Assembly: GCA_964426845.1 (NCBI GenBank)
Contig: CAYRSA010000002.1
Span: 98,495-162,494, forward strand
Source: an uncultured Candidatus Saccharibacteria bacterium
Lineage (GTDB): Bacteria; Patescibacteriota; Saccharimonadia; Saccharimonadales; JAGQNJ01
Length of the DNA: 64,000 nt
Direction: 5' to 3'
Numbering within the stretch: the first letter of the stretch is position 1; every line of letters begins with the position of its first letter. The notes beneath the pieces are model-generated. The model worked only from the letters and a program-made list of their open reading frames with translations. It did not search any database and had not been told where the DNA came from. The position numbers were made by a program, and so were the translations under genes. Of this stretch, positions 35,769 through 45,006 are shown piece after piece.

Positions 35769-36941
35769 ATGGTAGCAGTGAAAGATATTTATATTGATGG
35801 CTTAGGCCTTGTTGACGGACACTTTAGTGGAGTTGGGCAGTACATTCTTGGTATTCTCCGGGGTATTGATGAGCTACTCGGTGAAGCTAAGTACCGGGGC
35901 GAAGAAGTGCCTGACGTCTACGTGGTGATTCCGCGTGATACTGAAGCTAAGTACTTAAAATTTAGTTTCAAACACTTAAAATACAAGAAGCTGCCCCTGT
36001 CCTTCCGAGTAACCGCGGCTCTTTGGCATCGCGGTAAAATGTTCCCGATAGACTTGTGGTGCGGACGAGGTGTCTATATTTTCCCGAGGTTTGTCAGTAT
36101 GCCGCTGGCTTTCAGCAAATCTGCAAATGTCATATTTGATCTCTCATATGAATTGCATCGTGAATTTTCAGACGAAAAGAATGCCATATTTTTATCAAAC
36201 GCCGTAAAACGAACCCTGCGAAAGTCGCAAAAGGTCATCACAATATCGCAAAGCGCTAAAAAGGAAATAGAGGATTTCTACGACTTGCCTGGTAAAGATA
36301 TCGTACTAGCAACGCCGGCTACCGATCCAGCTCAATTTTACCGCCGCTCTGGCTCCGAAATAGAATTAGTTAAGCGCACTTATGGCATAAAAGGTGATTA
36401 TATCCTGGCTCTATCAAACCTAGAGCCTCGCAAAAACTTGGTAGCATTAGTCGATGCCTATTGCGAACTACCCAAGAGCATCACTGAGAAAACCAGCTTA
36501 TTGTTGGTAGGTGTTAGTGGCTGGAAGACCGACGCCTTGTTTAATAAGATAGCCCTGCGAGTCGAAGAAGGTTACAATATTATTCGGCCTTCAAAGTACG
36601 TACTCGACGAAGACAAGCCAGCCATAATTTCAGGGGCTAAGATGCTTGTCTACCCCAGCCATTATGAAGGCTTTGGTATGCCACCACTTGAAGCGCTTGC
36701 TTGCGGTGTCCCTGTTATATCAGCCAATAACTCTTCTTTGCCTGAGGTCATAGGCGATACCGGGCCGATGATAGATAGCCACGATACCGGGCAACTACTG
36801 GGAGCTATAAGGGACTGTTTCAATAACTACGATGAAATCGCTAAGCGAGCTCTTGCGGACGGCCCAGAGCAAGCCCGAAAGTTTTCTTGGAAAGTAAGCG
36901 CCCAAAGGTTCCTGGACACTGCCAAGGAGATTTCAGGATGA
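35769..36941 (+). CDS. Glycosyltransferase family 4
   Basis: PSHYEGFGMPPLEALACGVPVISANNSSLPEV. The start is uncertain: ATG at 35769 or GTG at 35778. Confidence 0.8.
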   Translation: MVAVKDIYIDGLGLVDGHFSGVGQYILGILRGIDELLGEAKYRGEEVPDVYVVIPRDTEAKYLKFSFKHLKYKKLPLSFRVTAALWHRGKMFPIDLWCGRGVYIFPRFVSMPLAFSKSANVIFDLSYELHREFSDEKNAIFLSNAVKRTLRKSQKVITISQSAKKEIEDFYDLPGKDIVLATPATDPAQFYRRSGSEIELVKRTYGIKGDYILALSNLEPRKNLVALVDAYCELPKSITEKTSLLLVGVSGWKTDALFNKIALRVEEGYNIIRPSKYVLDEDKPAIISGAKMLVYPSHYEGFGMPPLEALACGVPVISANNSSLPEVIGDTGPMIDSHDTGQLLGAIRDCFNNYDEIAKRALADGPEQARKFSWKVSAQRFLDTAKEISG

Positions 36942-38245
36942 ACATCGGCATAGATCTCTCGCCCATCCAGGGCCCTCACCGAATGCGAGGTATAGGGTAT
37001 ACCTTAATTAACCTCATAAATCAGCTACCTAATAATCAACGGAAAGAGCACAAGTTTATTTTCTTTGCTCTGCCTGACAATCTCTCTGACTTTGGTAATC
37101 CCTTGGATATTCTCGATCTTCAAGGCATGGACTATGAAGTAAGGTATATTAAACCCCGCCGTAAGTTTTCTCGCAATTTACCCGGTCGACTGAGCCTTTT
37201 AGTTAGCACCTTAAATGTCTTGGTGGAGCTATGGGACTTGAGCTTTGGTGACTCTAGAATTAAAAACCTGGGTGATGTTGACGTCTTTTTGCAAACCGAC
37301 CAATCACAAAGCCTCCCCCACAAGCGGGGAATGCGCAAAGTTTTGGTTGCTTATGACATAATACCCTACACGCTTGAGTGGGATTACTTATGGACTTACC
37401 AGACAGCCCGTGAGACTTACGGCTACTCAAGAAAAGCCTCTTTCCGTTGTGCCGTACGTCGCAAACTGTATGCTCTCAAGTTACGACTTAACATTCGTCG
37501 GGCAAGCTTGCTGTTGGCGATATCCGAAGCCACCAAGCAAGACTTCGTCGCAAACTTTAAAATTAAGCATGATCGGATTGTTGTAACCCCATTAGGAACC
37601 AGCCCTCCGTCCCAGGTTTCTAAAGCCGTAAAGCTACGGCGTTATAAGAAAACATCTTGGGGGTATAGTTCCTACAATTTCACGCTCGACACTTCAGTTC
37701 CCTTCGTACTTTTTGTCGGAGGAGCCGACAAACGCCGTAAACTACAGGATTTAGTAACTGCCTTCAATAACCTGCGAGCCCAGGGCGTTAAACTCAACCT
37801 AGTCTTGGCTGGTGATAGCATGCAGGGGCCAGAAACCATAGCCACCGAAGAGATCCAGGGTGCTCTAAAGACATCCTCGTACCTAGACGACATTATATTC
37901 CTAGGCTTTGTCGATGATTCTACTCGTAGTTGGCTTTATGAAAAAGCACTGGCCTATGTTTTTCCAAGCCGCTACGAAGGCTTTGGTTTGCCAGTCCTGG
38001 AGGCCTTTATGCATCACTGTCCAGTTATATGTTACGAAAATAGCGCGGTACGTGAGGTGGCCGGCAGTGCTCCTCTGTACGTTGCCGATTCAGAGGAGCT
38101 AAGCGACAAAATACACTTTTTACTTGATTCCAAGAGCCAGGATTTAGAAAAGATTAAGGCCAAAGGCTTCAAGCAAGCCCAAAAATACGATTGGGCAAAA
38201 ACCTCAGCCAGGATTTTTGATTTGCTGCTGAAAGTAAACAAGTAG
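36938..38245 (+). CDS. Glycosyltransferase family 4
   Basis: MNIGIDLSPIQG...PSRYEGFGLPVLEAFMHHCPVICYENSAVREV. There is an ATGA overlap with the upstream GT4 gene. Confidence 0.8.
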   Translation: MNIGIDLSPIQGPHRMRGIGYTLINLINQLPNNQRKEHKFIFFALPDNLSDFGNPLDILDLQGMDYEVRYIKPRRKFSRNLPGRLSLLVSTLNVLVELWDLSFGDSRIKNLGDVDVFLQTDQSQSLPHKRGMRKVLVAYDIIPYTLEWDYLWTYQTARETYGYSRKASFRCAVRRKLYALKLRLNIRRASLLLAISEATKQDFVANFKIKHDRIVVTPLGTSPPSQVSKAVKLRRYKKTSWGYSSYNFTLDTSVPFVLFVGGADKRRKLQDLVTAFNNLRAQGVKLNLVLAGDSMQGPETIATEEIQGALKTSSYLDDIIFLGFVDDSTRSWLYEKALAYVFPSRYEGFGLPVLEAFMHHCPVICYENSAVREVAGSAPLYVADSEELSDKIHFLLDSKSQDLEKIKAKGFKQAQKYDWAKTSARIFDLLLKVNK

Positions 38246-38279
38246 TTATTTTAAACGGCCGTACTATATACTTAAACCT

Positions 38280-39260
38280 ATGTCTTACAAGAATAATGTC
38301 AAAGTCATCGCCTCAATACCAGTCCTGGGATATATTCTAAGAACTATTTACAGTATTGTCCGCTTGCCAAAAATATATGACTCCCTATCGAATCGGCAAG
38401 AACAGGTGAGCGAGAAAGTATCAACTTCATTGACTCAAATTGGCGAACTCGACCAAAAGGAAACTGACCTGGCTAGTAAACTTTCGGCCTTGCAGCTCGT
38501 CCAGGACAATCTTCAGCAACACATGAGCACCCTAGAAACACAGGCTCAAGCTAAGCCATCTGTTAAATCAGCCAGCAGTTCACCCAAAGAACAATTATTT
38601 GCTGAAGATCACTTGCTTGATAAGTTCTATACCGCCTTTGAGGACAAGTTCCGCGGTGACGAGACCGTCATCGTCGATCGTCAGAAAGAATACCTGCCTT
38701 ACTTTACTAAGACCAAGCTTGATTTCAAGAAGACACCTGTTTTGGATATAGGCAGTGGCCGGGGCGAGTTCTTACAGCTACTGCAGCATAGTAAAATTAC
38801 TGGGCTTGGGCTTGATATCAATCATGATATGGTTGCTCGTTCGAAGCAAAAGGGGTTAGAGGCGATTCAAGGAGATGCCCTGGCTCATCTTAAGTCGGTC
38901 AAGCCTAGGCAATACGGAGCCATTACTGGCTTCCACATTGTTGAACATATCCCCTTTCATATACTGCTCCGTATTTTTAGCGAGGCCCGAAGGGCTTTGG
39001 CTCAAGATGGTTTCGTTCTTTTCGAGACCCCGAATCCAGAAAATTTAGTGGTCGGCAGTACAACCTTTTACCTAGACCCGTCTCACCTTCATCCAGTACC
39101 ACCAATGTTGCTGGCCTTCACGCTAGAATTTAGTGGTTTTCGTAACGTTGAGATTATTCGCTTACATCCCAGCGAAAAGCTTCAGAAGCCGGGGCTAACT
39201 CCTGATGCTCGAGATTTACTATATGGTCCCCGCGACTACGCTGTTATTGGCTACAAATAA
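38280..39260 (+). CDS. Class I SAM-dependent methyltransferase with N-terminal membrane-associated/coiled-coil segment
   Basis: The N-terminus has a coiled-coil-like stretch: QEQVSEKVSTSLTQIGELDQKETDLASKLSALQLVQDNLQQHMSTLETQ. The methyltransferase core follows: VLDIGSGRGEFL...ITGFHIVEHIP. Confidence 0.75.
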   Translation: MSYKNNVKVIASIPVLGYILRTIYSIVRLPKIYDSLSNRQEQVSEKVSTSLTQIGELDQKETDLASKLSALQLVQDNLQQHMSTLETQAQAKPSVKSASSSPKEQLFAEDHLLDKFYTAFEDKFRGDETVIVDRQKEYLPYFTKTKLDFKKTPVLDIGSGRGEFLQLLQHSKITGLGLDINHDMVARSKQKGLEAIQGDALAHLKSVKPRQYGAITGFHIVEHIPFHILLRIFSEARRALAQDGFVLFETPNPENLVVGSTTFYLDPSHLHPVPPMLLAFTLEFSGFRNVEIIRLHPSEKLQKPGLTPDARDLLYGPRDYAVIGYK

Positions 39261-39263
39261 TTC

Positions 39264-40442
39264 CTACTTAACGGTCGCTTTGAAGCTGGGATCAATGATA
39301 TACGGCAGGTGTCGGGTTTTCTTTACAACCAGGTGGGCTGCGCCATTCCACCAATCTGCAATCGTGATTTCGTCGGGATACTGAAGGGCAGTATCTACCC
39401 GATAGGTGCCGTCTCTTAGGACATTAGGCATGCTCCAGGTTACTGTTACTGTTTCTCCTTTTTTCATATCTTTAAGCTTTACGTGCTCTAGCCTCGTATT
39501 TGTGCCTGTGATTTCATTACCAGCGGCATCCTTAATCCGAAAGCCAACAATGGGCCTCACAAAGTCTTTGTGAGCTTCAATATAAATTTTTACGTCAATA
39601 TTTGCACCATTACTTTCGGCTGTAACTTTTTTGGTGACCAAGGCTTGATCTCCCCAACGATCCTGTATTTCGTGGACGCCTCTTTTGCTAACTGCGTCTT
39701 CCATGAACAATTTTAGATACTTTTCTGCTATTTTGTCTGTGTCGCCGATATCTATAGCTTCACTTTTCTCTATGAGCATTGCCCTATCACAATATTCACG
39801 AACTGCATTCATATCGTGGCTTACAAATATAACTGTGGTTTCATTCTTCCTGAGCTGATTGAAATATTCAAAGCACTTCCTCTGAAAATCTGCATCACCC
39901 ACCGCTAGCACTTCGTCGATCAACAAGATGTCGGCTTTGGCTCGCACCGCCATAGAGAAGGCCAGTCGTACCTGCATACCAGATGAGTAATTCTTAAGTT
40001 TTTGATCCATGAACTCTTTGAGTTCGGCAAACTCGACAATGTCGTCATACATAGCCGATACTTCTCTGCGGCTAAAGCCCAAAAGAGCACCGTTCAAATA
40101 TACGTTCTCCCGTCCAGTTAGCTCTGGGTTAAAACCAACGCCCAACTCAATGAATGGCACCAATTTACCATGAACACTCACTTTGCCCTTACTAGGTTGA
40201 TATATACCGGCGATCATCTTAAGTAATGTGCTCTTGCCGCTACCGTTACGTCCAACTATTCCAAAGAACTCACCCTTTTTGACCTCGAACGACACGTCCT
40301 TCAGAGCATGTTGCTTTGTGGTGTTCTTATGCATCGAGGATTTAAACGGATTAACGAAAGCCTGCTTGATGCTGGTATTCCGTTCGTGTGGCAGCACAAA
40401 GTCTTTTGACACATGCTCTACTTTTACGGCAACCTCATCCAT
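39264..40442 (-). CDS. wzt: Polysaccharide/teichoic-acid ABC exporter ATPase with C-terminal Wzt_C-like carbohydrate-binding domain
   Basis: Walker A GRNGSGKSTLLK, signature YSSGMQVRLAF and Walker B ILLIDEVLAVGD. A beta-rich extension of about 140 aa follows (DVKIYIEAHKDF...TVTWSMPNVLRDGTYRVD). Confidence 0.85.
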   Translation of the reverse strand: MDEVAVKVEHVSKDFVLPHERNTSIKQAFVNPFKSSMHKNTTKQHALKDVSFEVKKGEFFGIVGRNGSGKSTLLKMIAGIYQPSKGKVSVHGKLVPFIELGVGFNPELTGRENVYLNGALLGFSRREVSAMYDDIVEFAELKEFMDQKLKNYSSGMQVRLAFSMAVRAKADILLIDEVLAVGDADFQRKCFEYFNQLRKNETTVIFVSHDMNAVREYCDRAMLIEKSEAIDIGDTDKIAEKYLKLFMEDAVSKRGVHEIQDRWGDQALVTKKVTAESNGANIDVKIYIEAHKDFVRPIVGFRIKDAAGNEITGTNTRLEHVKLKDMKKGETVTVTWSMPNVLRDGTYRVDTALQYPDEITIADWWNGAAHLVVKKTRHLPYIIDPSFKATVK

Positions 40443-40444
40443 AA

Positions 40445-41257
40445 CTAAACTTCCTCCGCAAAGAAAGGTGATCGTTTCCTGAAATATCTAACTGCTACTA
40501 CGGCTGTCGCTAAAACAATTGTCACTGGTATTAGACGAACCCATTGATTTCCATAAATAGTAGTTATGGTCTGTGTATCGCTTGTTACTAAAAAGGACCT
40601 GGCATCCTGGATCATTTGAGCCATGGGGTTAAGCATCAACAACTTGGCGACAGGTAGCGACATGGCTACAACCAAGGAAATTGGATAGAGGATTGGCGTG
40701 GCGTAAAACCCAGCCTGCAAGGCGACCTCCCAAATGTAATTGATGTCGCGAAAACGTACATATAGAGCACTCAACAATAGCCCTACAGATAGCGAAAATA
40801 TGAACAACTCAAACAGCGGAAAAACTATCAATAAACCGTTGATCCGCCATGGCACTCCACTCAAGAACATAAAGAAGAAGACTACCAACATGTTTATCAA
40901 TAAGTTAATGAAAGCTGAAAATGAACCGGCCACAATAATCACATAACGTGGAAAAGATAATTTGCGCATCAGGTCGCCCTTGCCGACAATTGCTCCGACG
41001 CTACCCGTTGTTACCTCAACAAAGAAATTCCAGAAGACTATTCCAAGTAATAAGTAGACAGCAAAGTATGGAACCTGATCACCAACACTCAAAAACTTAA
41101 CAAAGACTATGTAGAGTACTGTAAACAGAGCTAGAGGGCGTAATAACGTCCATAGATACCCAAGGGCTGATCCTTGATAGCGAATTTTAAAATCTGTCTT
41201 AACTAACTGTTTCAGCAAGATAATAGAATAGCGATAGCGTTGCTTGAGTTGTTTCAC
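40445..41257 (-). CDS. wzm: ABC-2 type polysaccharide exporter permease
   Basis: 270 aa with six TM segments and the motif RYQGSALGYLWTLLRPL typical of Wzm/TagG. It lies immediately upstream of wzt. Confidence 0.85.
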   Translation of the reverse strand: MKQLKQRYRYSIILLKQLVKTDFKIRYQGSALGYLWTLLRPLALFTVLYIVFVKFLSVGDQVPYFAVYLLLGIVFWNFFVEVTTGSVGAIVGKGDLMRKLSFPRYVIIVAGSFSAFINLLINMLVVFFFMFLSGVPWRINGLLIVFPLFELFIFSLSVGLLLSALYVRFRDINYIWEVALQAGFYATPILYPISLVVAMSLPVAKLLMLNPMAQMIQDARSFLVTSDTQTITTIYGNQWVRLIPVTIVLATAVVAVRYFRKRSPFFAEEV

Positions 41258-41306
41258 GTTATGTTTATTATAGTGAGTTACCTCTATATTTGCTATAGTC
41301 TATAGG

Positions 41307-42260
41307 ATGAAAGAAATCTTAGTTACTGGGGTTAATGGGTTCGTTGGGTACTATCTGGCAACCGAGCTTAGCAATCAAGGGCATCGCGTTATTGGCACCG
41401 ACCGGGCTCAAGAATCCTCTCCTAAACTGACGCCCTTTATAGATGGTTATTTCGGTAACTGTGACCTTACAGATGCTGAAGCCGTGGCTGGTCTGCCTCT
41501 AGATAAAGTAGACTCCGTAATAAACCTGGCTGGGCTAGCCCAAGTCGGGACATCGTTCGACAGAGACCAGGCGGAGAGGTACAGGCGAATTAACCTTTCC
41601 GTACACACAGTATTAGCTAACCGACTGATAGAATTAGGAAAGAAATCCACACGAGTTGTCGCCGTTAGCACCGGTGCCGTTTACGACAACAATCTACCAA
41701 TGCCGCTTGATGAAGATAGTAATTTGGCAGTTAAAAACTCTCCGTATGCATTGAGTAAAGTTGCAATGGAGAAGGCCATGCGAAGCTATGCTGACAAGGG
41801 GCTGGATGTGGTTATAGTTCGACCGTTTAATCACATCGGCCCAGGACAGCTTGGCGGGTTCTTAATTCCAGATCTTGTATCGCAGATCGCAGTTGGTGAC
41901 ACTGTGGTGGCTGGAGACCTGACAACAGAGCGTGACTACACCGATGTTCGTGATGTTGTCAAAGCTTATGCGCTTCTTGCAACCTTGCCCTCTTTAAAAC
42001 ACAGCCTCTACAACATATGTTCGGGCAAAAGCGTTAGTGGCAAAGCAATGCTTGATGAAATAGTTAGAATTGCTGGCAAGCAAAGCGTAACAGTTGAAAT
42101 TGACCAATCGCGAATCCGCCCTAACGACCCGAAGAAAGTCGTCGGCGATAACTCTAGGCTTCGCCGAGACACCGGCTGGCAGCCAGAAATCCCCTTAGAT
42201 CAAACCATCAAAGATATTATTACTTCTCAAGCTCCAGGTCATGAGCTACCATCAGCCTAA
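41307..42260 (+). CDS. rmd: GDP-4-keto-6-deoxy-D-mannose reductase-like SDR (Rmd-like; a GDP-6-deoxyhexose synthase)
   Basis: MKEILVTGVNGFVGYYL (GxxGxxG) and SPYALSK (YxxxK). The gene is convergent with gmd. It resembles Rmd rather than Fcl in its N-terminus, but product stereochemistry cannot be read from the sequence. Confidence 0.65.
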   Translation: MKEILVTGVNGFVGYYLATELSNQGHRVIGTDRAQESSPKLTPFIDGYFGNCDLTDAEAVAGLPLDKVDSVINLAGLAQVGTSFDRDQAERYRRINLSVHTVLANRLIELGKKSTRVVAVSTGAVYDNNLPMPLDEDSNLAVKNSPYALSKVAMEKAMRSYADKGLDVVIVRPFNHIGPGQLGGFLIPDLVSQIAVGDTVVAGDLTTERDYTDVRDVVKAYALLATLPSLKHSLYNICSGKSVSGKAMLDEIVRIAGKQSVTVEIDQSRIRPNDPKKVVGDNSRLRRDTGWQPEIPLDQTIKDIITSQAPGHELPSA

Positions 42261-43257
42261 CAAGGCCCGGGAAATCGACTTGGCGTTTCCAACCGAGCTC
42301 TTTTTCGGCCTTGGTTGGATTTCCAAGGAGTAAATCAACTTCGGCAGGCCGGAAGAACTCTGGGTTAATTTTTACCAGCACCTTGCCCGACCTGGCATCA
42401 AGACCTTTCTCGTCAGCCCCCTTGCCTTGCCATTTCAGTTCAACACCAATCTCTTTGAAAGCCAGTTCACAGAACTCTCGAATAGAGTGTGTTTCGCCGG
42501 TTGCCAATACGTAGTCTTCGGGCTTTTCTTGCTGCAACATTCGCCACATACCTTCTACGTAATCCCCTGCATACCCCCAATCGCGTTTGGCATCCAGGTT
42601 GCCGAGTTCAATGCTGTCCTGACGGCCATGTTTGATACGCGCAACTGCTTGGCTAATTTTGCGGGTTACAAACTCTGGCCCACGACGCTCACCTTCGTGG
42701 TTGAACAATATGCCACTAACGGCGAACATTCCGTAGCTTTCACGATAGTTTCGAGTAATCCAATAGCCGTAAAGCTTTGCCACTCCATACGGGCTTCGCG
42801 GATGGAACGAAGCTTCCTCGGTATAACCAGTTTCTGGGCGGTTGTAGTCAAGGCCACCAAACATTTCACTGGTAGATGCTTGGTAGAATTTTGTGGTTTT
42901 TTCAAGTCCTGATAAGCGAATAGCCTCAAGCATATTTAGGACGGCTTTACCAGTTACATCAGCAGTCATTAGCGGATCGCGGAACGAATAACCTACATGG
43001 CTTATTGCTGCCAAGTTGTAAACTTCATCAGGTTTTATTTCCTGAATAGCCCGGGTTAGGGCGGCTAGATCAAGTAAATCCGCCATGACAATGTTTAAAA
43101 AAGGCATCTCCTTCTTGATCGCCTCATAACGAGGGTGGCTGGCTTCTAATTGTCCTCGGAGGGTTCCGTATACCTTATAGCCTTTGTCGTGAAGTAGTTT
43201 TGCTAAATGTCCGCCGTCCTGGCCGGCTGTGCCTGTAATAAATGCTGTTTTGGGCAT
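42220..43257 (-). CDS. gmd: GDP-mannose 4,6-dehydratase
   Basis: MPKTAFITGTAGQDGGHLAKLL...QASTSEMFG...SPYGVAKLYGYW...ILFNHEGERRG. Confidence 0.9.
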   Translation of the reverse strand: MPKTAFITGTAGQDGGHLAKLLHDKGYKVYGTLRGQLEASHPRYEAIKKEMPFLNIVMADLLDLAALTRAIQEIKPDEVYNLAAISHVGYSFRDPLMTADVTGKAVLNMLEAIRLSGLEKTTKFYQASTSEMFGGLDYNRPETGYTEEASFHPRSPYGVAKLYGYWITRNYRESYGMFAVSGILFNHEGERRGPEFVTRKISQAVARIKHGRQDSIELGNLDAKRDWGYAGDYVEGMWRMLQQEKPEDYVLATGETHSIREFCELAFKEIGVELKWQGKGADEKGLDARSGKVLVKINPEFFRPAEVDLLLGNPTKAEKELGWKRQVDFPGLVRLMVAHDLELEK

Positions 43258-43265
43258 GAATCTCC

Positions 43266-43484
43266 TTAATTATCTTGTTTAATCGGTCTAACAATTGCTG
43301 GTGATAAATAGTCTAACACACCCCTCATTGGGCGTTCCGGCTCTTCCACAACTGAGTGCTTATATACAGCTAGTTCCCGTGTATACGCACCGGTTAGTTC
43401 TCTATCGCTCACTTCGGGGTGTTCCGCAGCATAGCGATTGAGCGAACCCGGATTAGTTATTGTTTCTGGGGCTGTTTCTGACAT
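43266..43484 (-). CDS. Hypothetical acidic 72-aa protein
   Basis: The ORF ends 8 nt before the gmd start. No motif was recognised. Confidence 0.4.
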   Translation of the reverse strand: MSETAPETITNPGSLNRYAAEHPEVSDRELTGAYTRELAVYKHSVVEEPERPMRGVLDYLSPAIVRPIKQDN

Positions 43485-43528
43485 GGTCTCTGCTCCTGCT
43501 TAGCAATGAGTTATAGTATACATAAGCC

Positions 43529-44623
43529 ATGAAACATATTGTAATCGACGCCCGCGAGTCTGGCAGTAGTACCGGCCGCTATATAGATAAGTTAATCGAA
43601 TACCTGCACAAGATTGGGCCGAAACACAAGGTTACTGTCTTGACCAAACGCAAGCGGATGGATTTCATGAAGGAAATCGCGCCCAAGTTTACGGTGCTGT
43701 CAACAAGGGTTAAGTTCTTTACCTTTGCCGAGCAAACCAAGTTGCTCAAGCAAATTAAAGAGCAGCAAGCCGACCTGGTTTTCTTCCCGGCGGCTCAACA
43801 GCCGATCCTCTACCGCGGTAAAGTAGTCACTACTATCCAAGACCTAACGGCGGTCAGGTTTCGCAACCCGGCCAAGAATCGGGTGGTCTTCACTATCAAG
43901 CAATGGGTCTACAAACAGCTCAACAAGTATGTCGGCCATAAGTCTCGCCATATCATCACGCCGACCGAGTTTGTTAAAGATGACTTCGCTAAGTTTGCTC
44001 ATATTAACTCCCGCAAGATAACTGTCACTCATGAATCGGCTGACAAGATTACTGACAAGGCTGAACCTGTGGAAGAGCTGGAAGACAAGCAGTTCATTAT
44101 GTATGTCGGCCGTCCCCAGACCCATAAAAATCTTGGCCGACTGATTGATGCTTTCGAGAAACTACGCCAGACCCACCCCCAGCTTCGGTTAGTCCTGGCC
44201 GGTAAGAAAGACTGGCTGTATCGTCAACACGAGAAGTCTGTCGAGTCGCGCGGCATCAAGAATGTCATCTTCACCGATTTCGTATCCGAGGGCCAATTGC
44301 GGTGGCTGTACGAAAATACCGCCGCCTACGTCTTCCCTTCTCTAAGCGAAGGCTTCGGCTTGCCGCCCTTAGAGGCTATGCAACATGGTGCGCCGGTAGT
44401 ATCCAGCAACGCTACTTGCCTGCCAGAGGTCAACCAAGACGCCGCTCTTTACTTTGATCCGCTGGATGTTGATGATATGGCCGCTAAGATTGAGTCCATG
44501 ATTACCGATAATAAACTCCGTGCTAAATATGTAGAGCGCGGCCGCAAGCTAGTCAAACAATACTCCTGGGAGCGCATGGCTCGCCAGACTCTAGAAGTCT
44601 TCAACCAGGTCTTAGAAGACTAA
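43529..44623 (+). CDS. Glycosyltransferase family 4
   Basis: PSLSEGFGLPPLEAMQHGAPVVSSNATCLPEV. Confidence 0.8.
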   Translation: MKHIVIDARESGSSTGRYIDKLIEYLHKIGPKHKVTVLTKRKRMDFMKEIAPKFTVLSTRVKFFTFAEQTKLLKQIKEQQADLVFFPAAQQPILYRGKVVTTIQDLTAVRFRNPAKNRVVFTIKQWVYKQLNKYVGHKSRHIITPTEFVKDDFAKFAHINSRKITVTHESADKITDKAEPVEELEDKQFIMYVGRPQTHKNLGRLIDAFEKLRQTHPQLRLVLAGKKDWLYRQHEKSVESRGIKNVIFTDFVSEGQLRWLYENTAAYVFPSLSEGFGLPPLEAMQHGAPVVSSNATCLPEVNQDAALYFDPLDVDDMAAKIESMITDNKLRAKYVERGRKLVKQYSWERMARQTLEVFNQVLED

Positions 44624-44689
44624 AACGTCGCAAGTTCAGGACTATTTAATAATTGGTGATCATAGTAGGGGCTATGAAACACATAGCAA

Positions 44690-44718
44690 TTGACGCCAAA
44701 CTTCGCCGTGGGTACAAT
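44690..44718 (+). promoter_or_regulatory. Near-consensus sigma70-type promoter (TTGACG - 17 nt - TACAAT) for mazEF
   Basis: TTGACG at 44690-44695 and TACAAT at 44713-44718. The ATG at 44728 is only 9 nt downstream and has no Shine-Dalgarno site. Confidence 0.5.
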
Positions 44719-44727
44719 GTATCCACT

Positions 44728-45006
44728 ATGTCGAAAATACTTGCCAGGTTAGTGAAAGATGGAAATAGTATGGCTGTACGCCTGCCGAAGGCTGCCCTAG
44801 AAATGAGCGGCCTTTCTGGAACTGTAAGTCTAGAGGCTAAAAAAGGCGTGATAATCCTGAGCCGCGTCAAACACCCCCGGGAAGGCTGGGCTGAGCGCTT
44901 TCAGAAAATCACTCCTGAGGAGCTTAAGGCTGACGAAAAGGATTTCAAGGCCTGGGACGATACCCTAGCCGACGGACTTGAGGACATTCCTTATGATAAG
45001 GCCTAG
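44728..45006 (+). CDS. mazE: AbrB/MazE/SpoVT-fold antitoxin
   Basis: MSKILARLVKDGNSMAVRLPKAALEMSGLSGTVSLEAKKGVIILSRV (swapped-hairpin motif GNSxAVRLP) followed by an acidic C-tail. The track ORF start at 44653 is judged to be an upstream extension. Confidence 0.7.
   Translation: MSKILARLVKDGNSMAVRLPKAALEMSGLSGTVSLEAKKGVIILSRVKHPREGWAERFQKITPEELKADEKDFKAWDDTLADGLEDIPYDKA

Noticed and set aside
44646-44870. Minus-strand 74-aa ORF, and the 25-codon N-terminal extension of the antitoxin ORF (44653-44727)
   Set aside because: The minus ORF is antisense to mazE. The extension would place the TTGACG/TACAAT promoter inside the coding region. The AbrB-fold motif begins right after the ATG at 44728.
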